Part shown: one piece after another, positions 63,501-64,000 of the stretch
How positions within the stretch are numbered: position 1 is the first letter of the stretch
Layout: every line of letters begins with the position of its first letter
Origin: the human T2T-CHM13v2.0 reference genome, Homo sapiens
Assembly (NCBI RefSeq): GCF_009914755.1
Contig: NC_060947.1
Reading direction: 5' to 3' (one strand)
Length of the DNA: 64,000 bases
Notes under the pieces: generated by a model
The model's input: only the letters and a program-made list of their open reading frames with translations
Database searches by the model: none
What the model was told of the DNA's origin: nothing
Program-made: the position numbers and the translations under genes

Positions 63501-64000
63501 AAAGTGTATTTGGAAACTGCTCCATCAACAGGCATGTTCAGCTCTGTGAGTGAAACTCCATCATCACAAAGAATATTCTGAGAATGCTTCCGTTTGCCTT
63601 TTATATGAAGTTCCTTCCTATACGACCGTAGGCCTCAAAACAGTCCAAATCTCCATTTGCAGATTCTACAAAAAGAGTGATTCCAATCTGCTCTATCAAT
63701 AGGATTGTTCAACTCCATGAGTTGAATGCCATCCTCACAAAGTCGTTTCTGAGAATGCTTCTATCTAGTTTTTATGTGAAGATATTTCCTTTTCCACCAC
63801 AGGCCTCAAAGCCCTTCAAACGTCCACTTGCAGATTCTCGAAAAAGAGTGTTTCATAGCTGCTCTTTCAAAAGGAAAGTTCAACTCTGGGAGTTGAATAC
63901 AAACATCACAAAGTAGTTTCCGAGAATGCTTCTGTTTAGTTTTTATGTGAAGATGATCTCGTTTCCAGTGAAATCTTCAAAGAGGTCCACATATCCCCTT

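Larger units (their letters stand above)
1..64000 (-). repeat. DXZ1: Alpha-satellite 12-mer HOR array (2,057-bp period), consistent with human chrX centromeric DXZ1, suprachromosomal family 3
   Basis: ~171-bp monomers with alphoid motifs (CACTTGCAGATTCTACAAAAAGAGTGTTT, TTCAACTCTGTGAGTTGAAT, TTTCTGAGAATGCTT). The same ORFs recur every 2,057 bp (2217, 4274, 6331 ... 61869). A 12-mer of ~2.0 kb with one BamHI site and one ~186-bp monomer matches known DXZ1. Strand given is the one on which CENP-B boxes read. Confidence 0.96.

Noticed and set aside
1-64000. CRISPR-like or other prokaryotic repeat-spacer system
   Set aside because: There are no unique spacers and no cas-like ORFs; the sequence between conserved motifs is itself repeated every 2,057 bp.
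1-64000. L1, Alu or other insertion, or an inversion
   Set aside because: The periodic phase is continuous to within 2 bp across the window, with no poly(A) tail, target-site duplication or strand switch.
1-64000. Assigning the window to the active kinetochore (CENP-A) domain or to a specific individual or haplogroup
   Set aside because: This needs methylation or chromatin data and reference comparison, which the sequence alone cannot provide.

Overview
The whole 64 kb window is one uninterrupted, head-to-tail alpha-satellite higher-order repeat (HOR) array. The unit is a 2,057-bp 12-mer with pentameric ancestry and one BamHI site, which matches human X-centromere DXZ1 (recognised from known properties, not by a database search). 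It holds 31 full units plus a partial one. Unit starts in the window's own phase: U1=1, U2=2057, U3=4114, U4=6171, U5=8228, U6=10285, U7=12342, U8=14399, U9=16456, U10=18513, U11=20570, U12=22627, U13=24684, U14=26741, U15=28798, U16=30855, U17=32912, U18=34969, U19=37026, U20=39083, U21=41140, U22=43196, U23=45253, U24=47310, U25=49367, U26=51424, U27=53481, U28=55538, U29=57595, U30=59652, U31=61709, U32=63766 (partial). CENP-B boxes read on the minus strand. I see no genes, RNA genes, transposons or CRISPR arrays; all listed ORFs are satellite translation artefacts, and I cannot support a new gene system here. The interest lies in the variant structure: a near-perfect 10.3-kb (5-HOR) tandem duplication, older 2-HOR and dispersed duplications, chimeric units, loss of two of the four CENP-B boxes in most units through the same substitution (probably spread by out-of-register monomer-to-monomer conversion), and a templated double-inverted-repeat insertion that looks like a variant hotspot. 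All variant calls and counts were made by eye and need confirmation by alignment.
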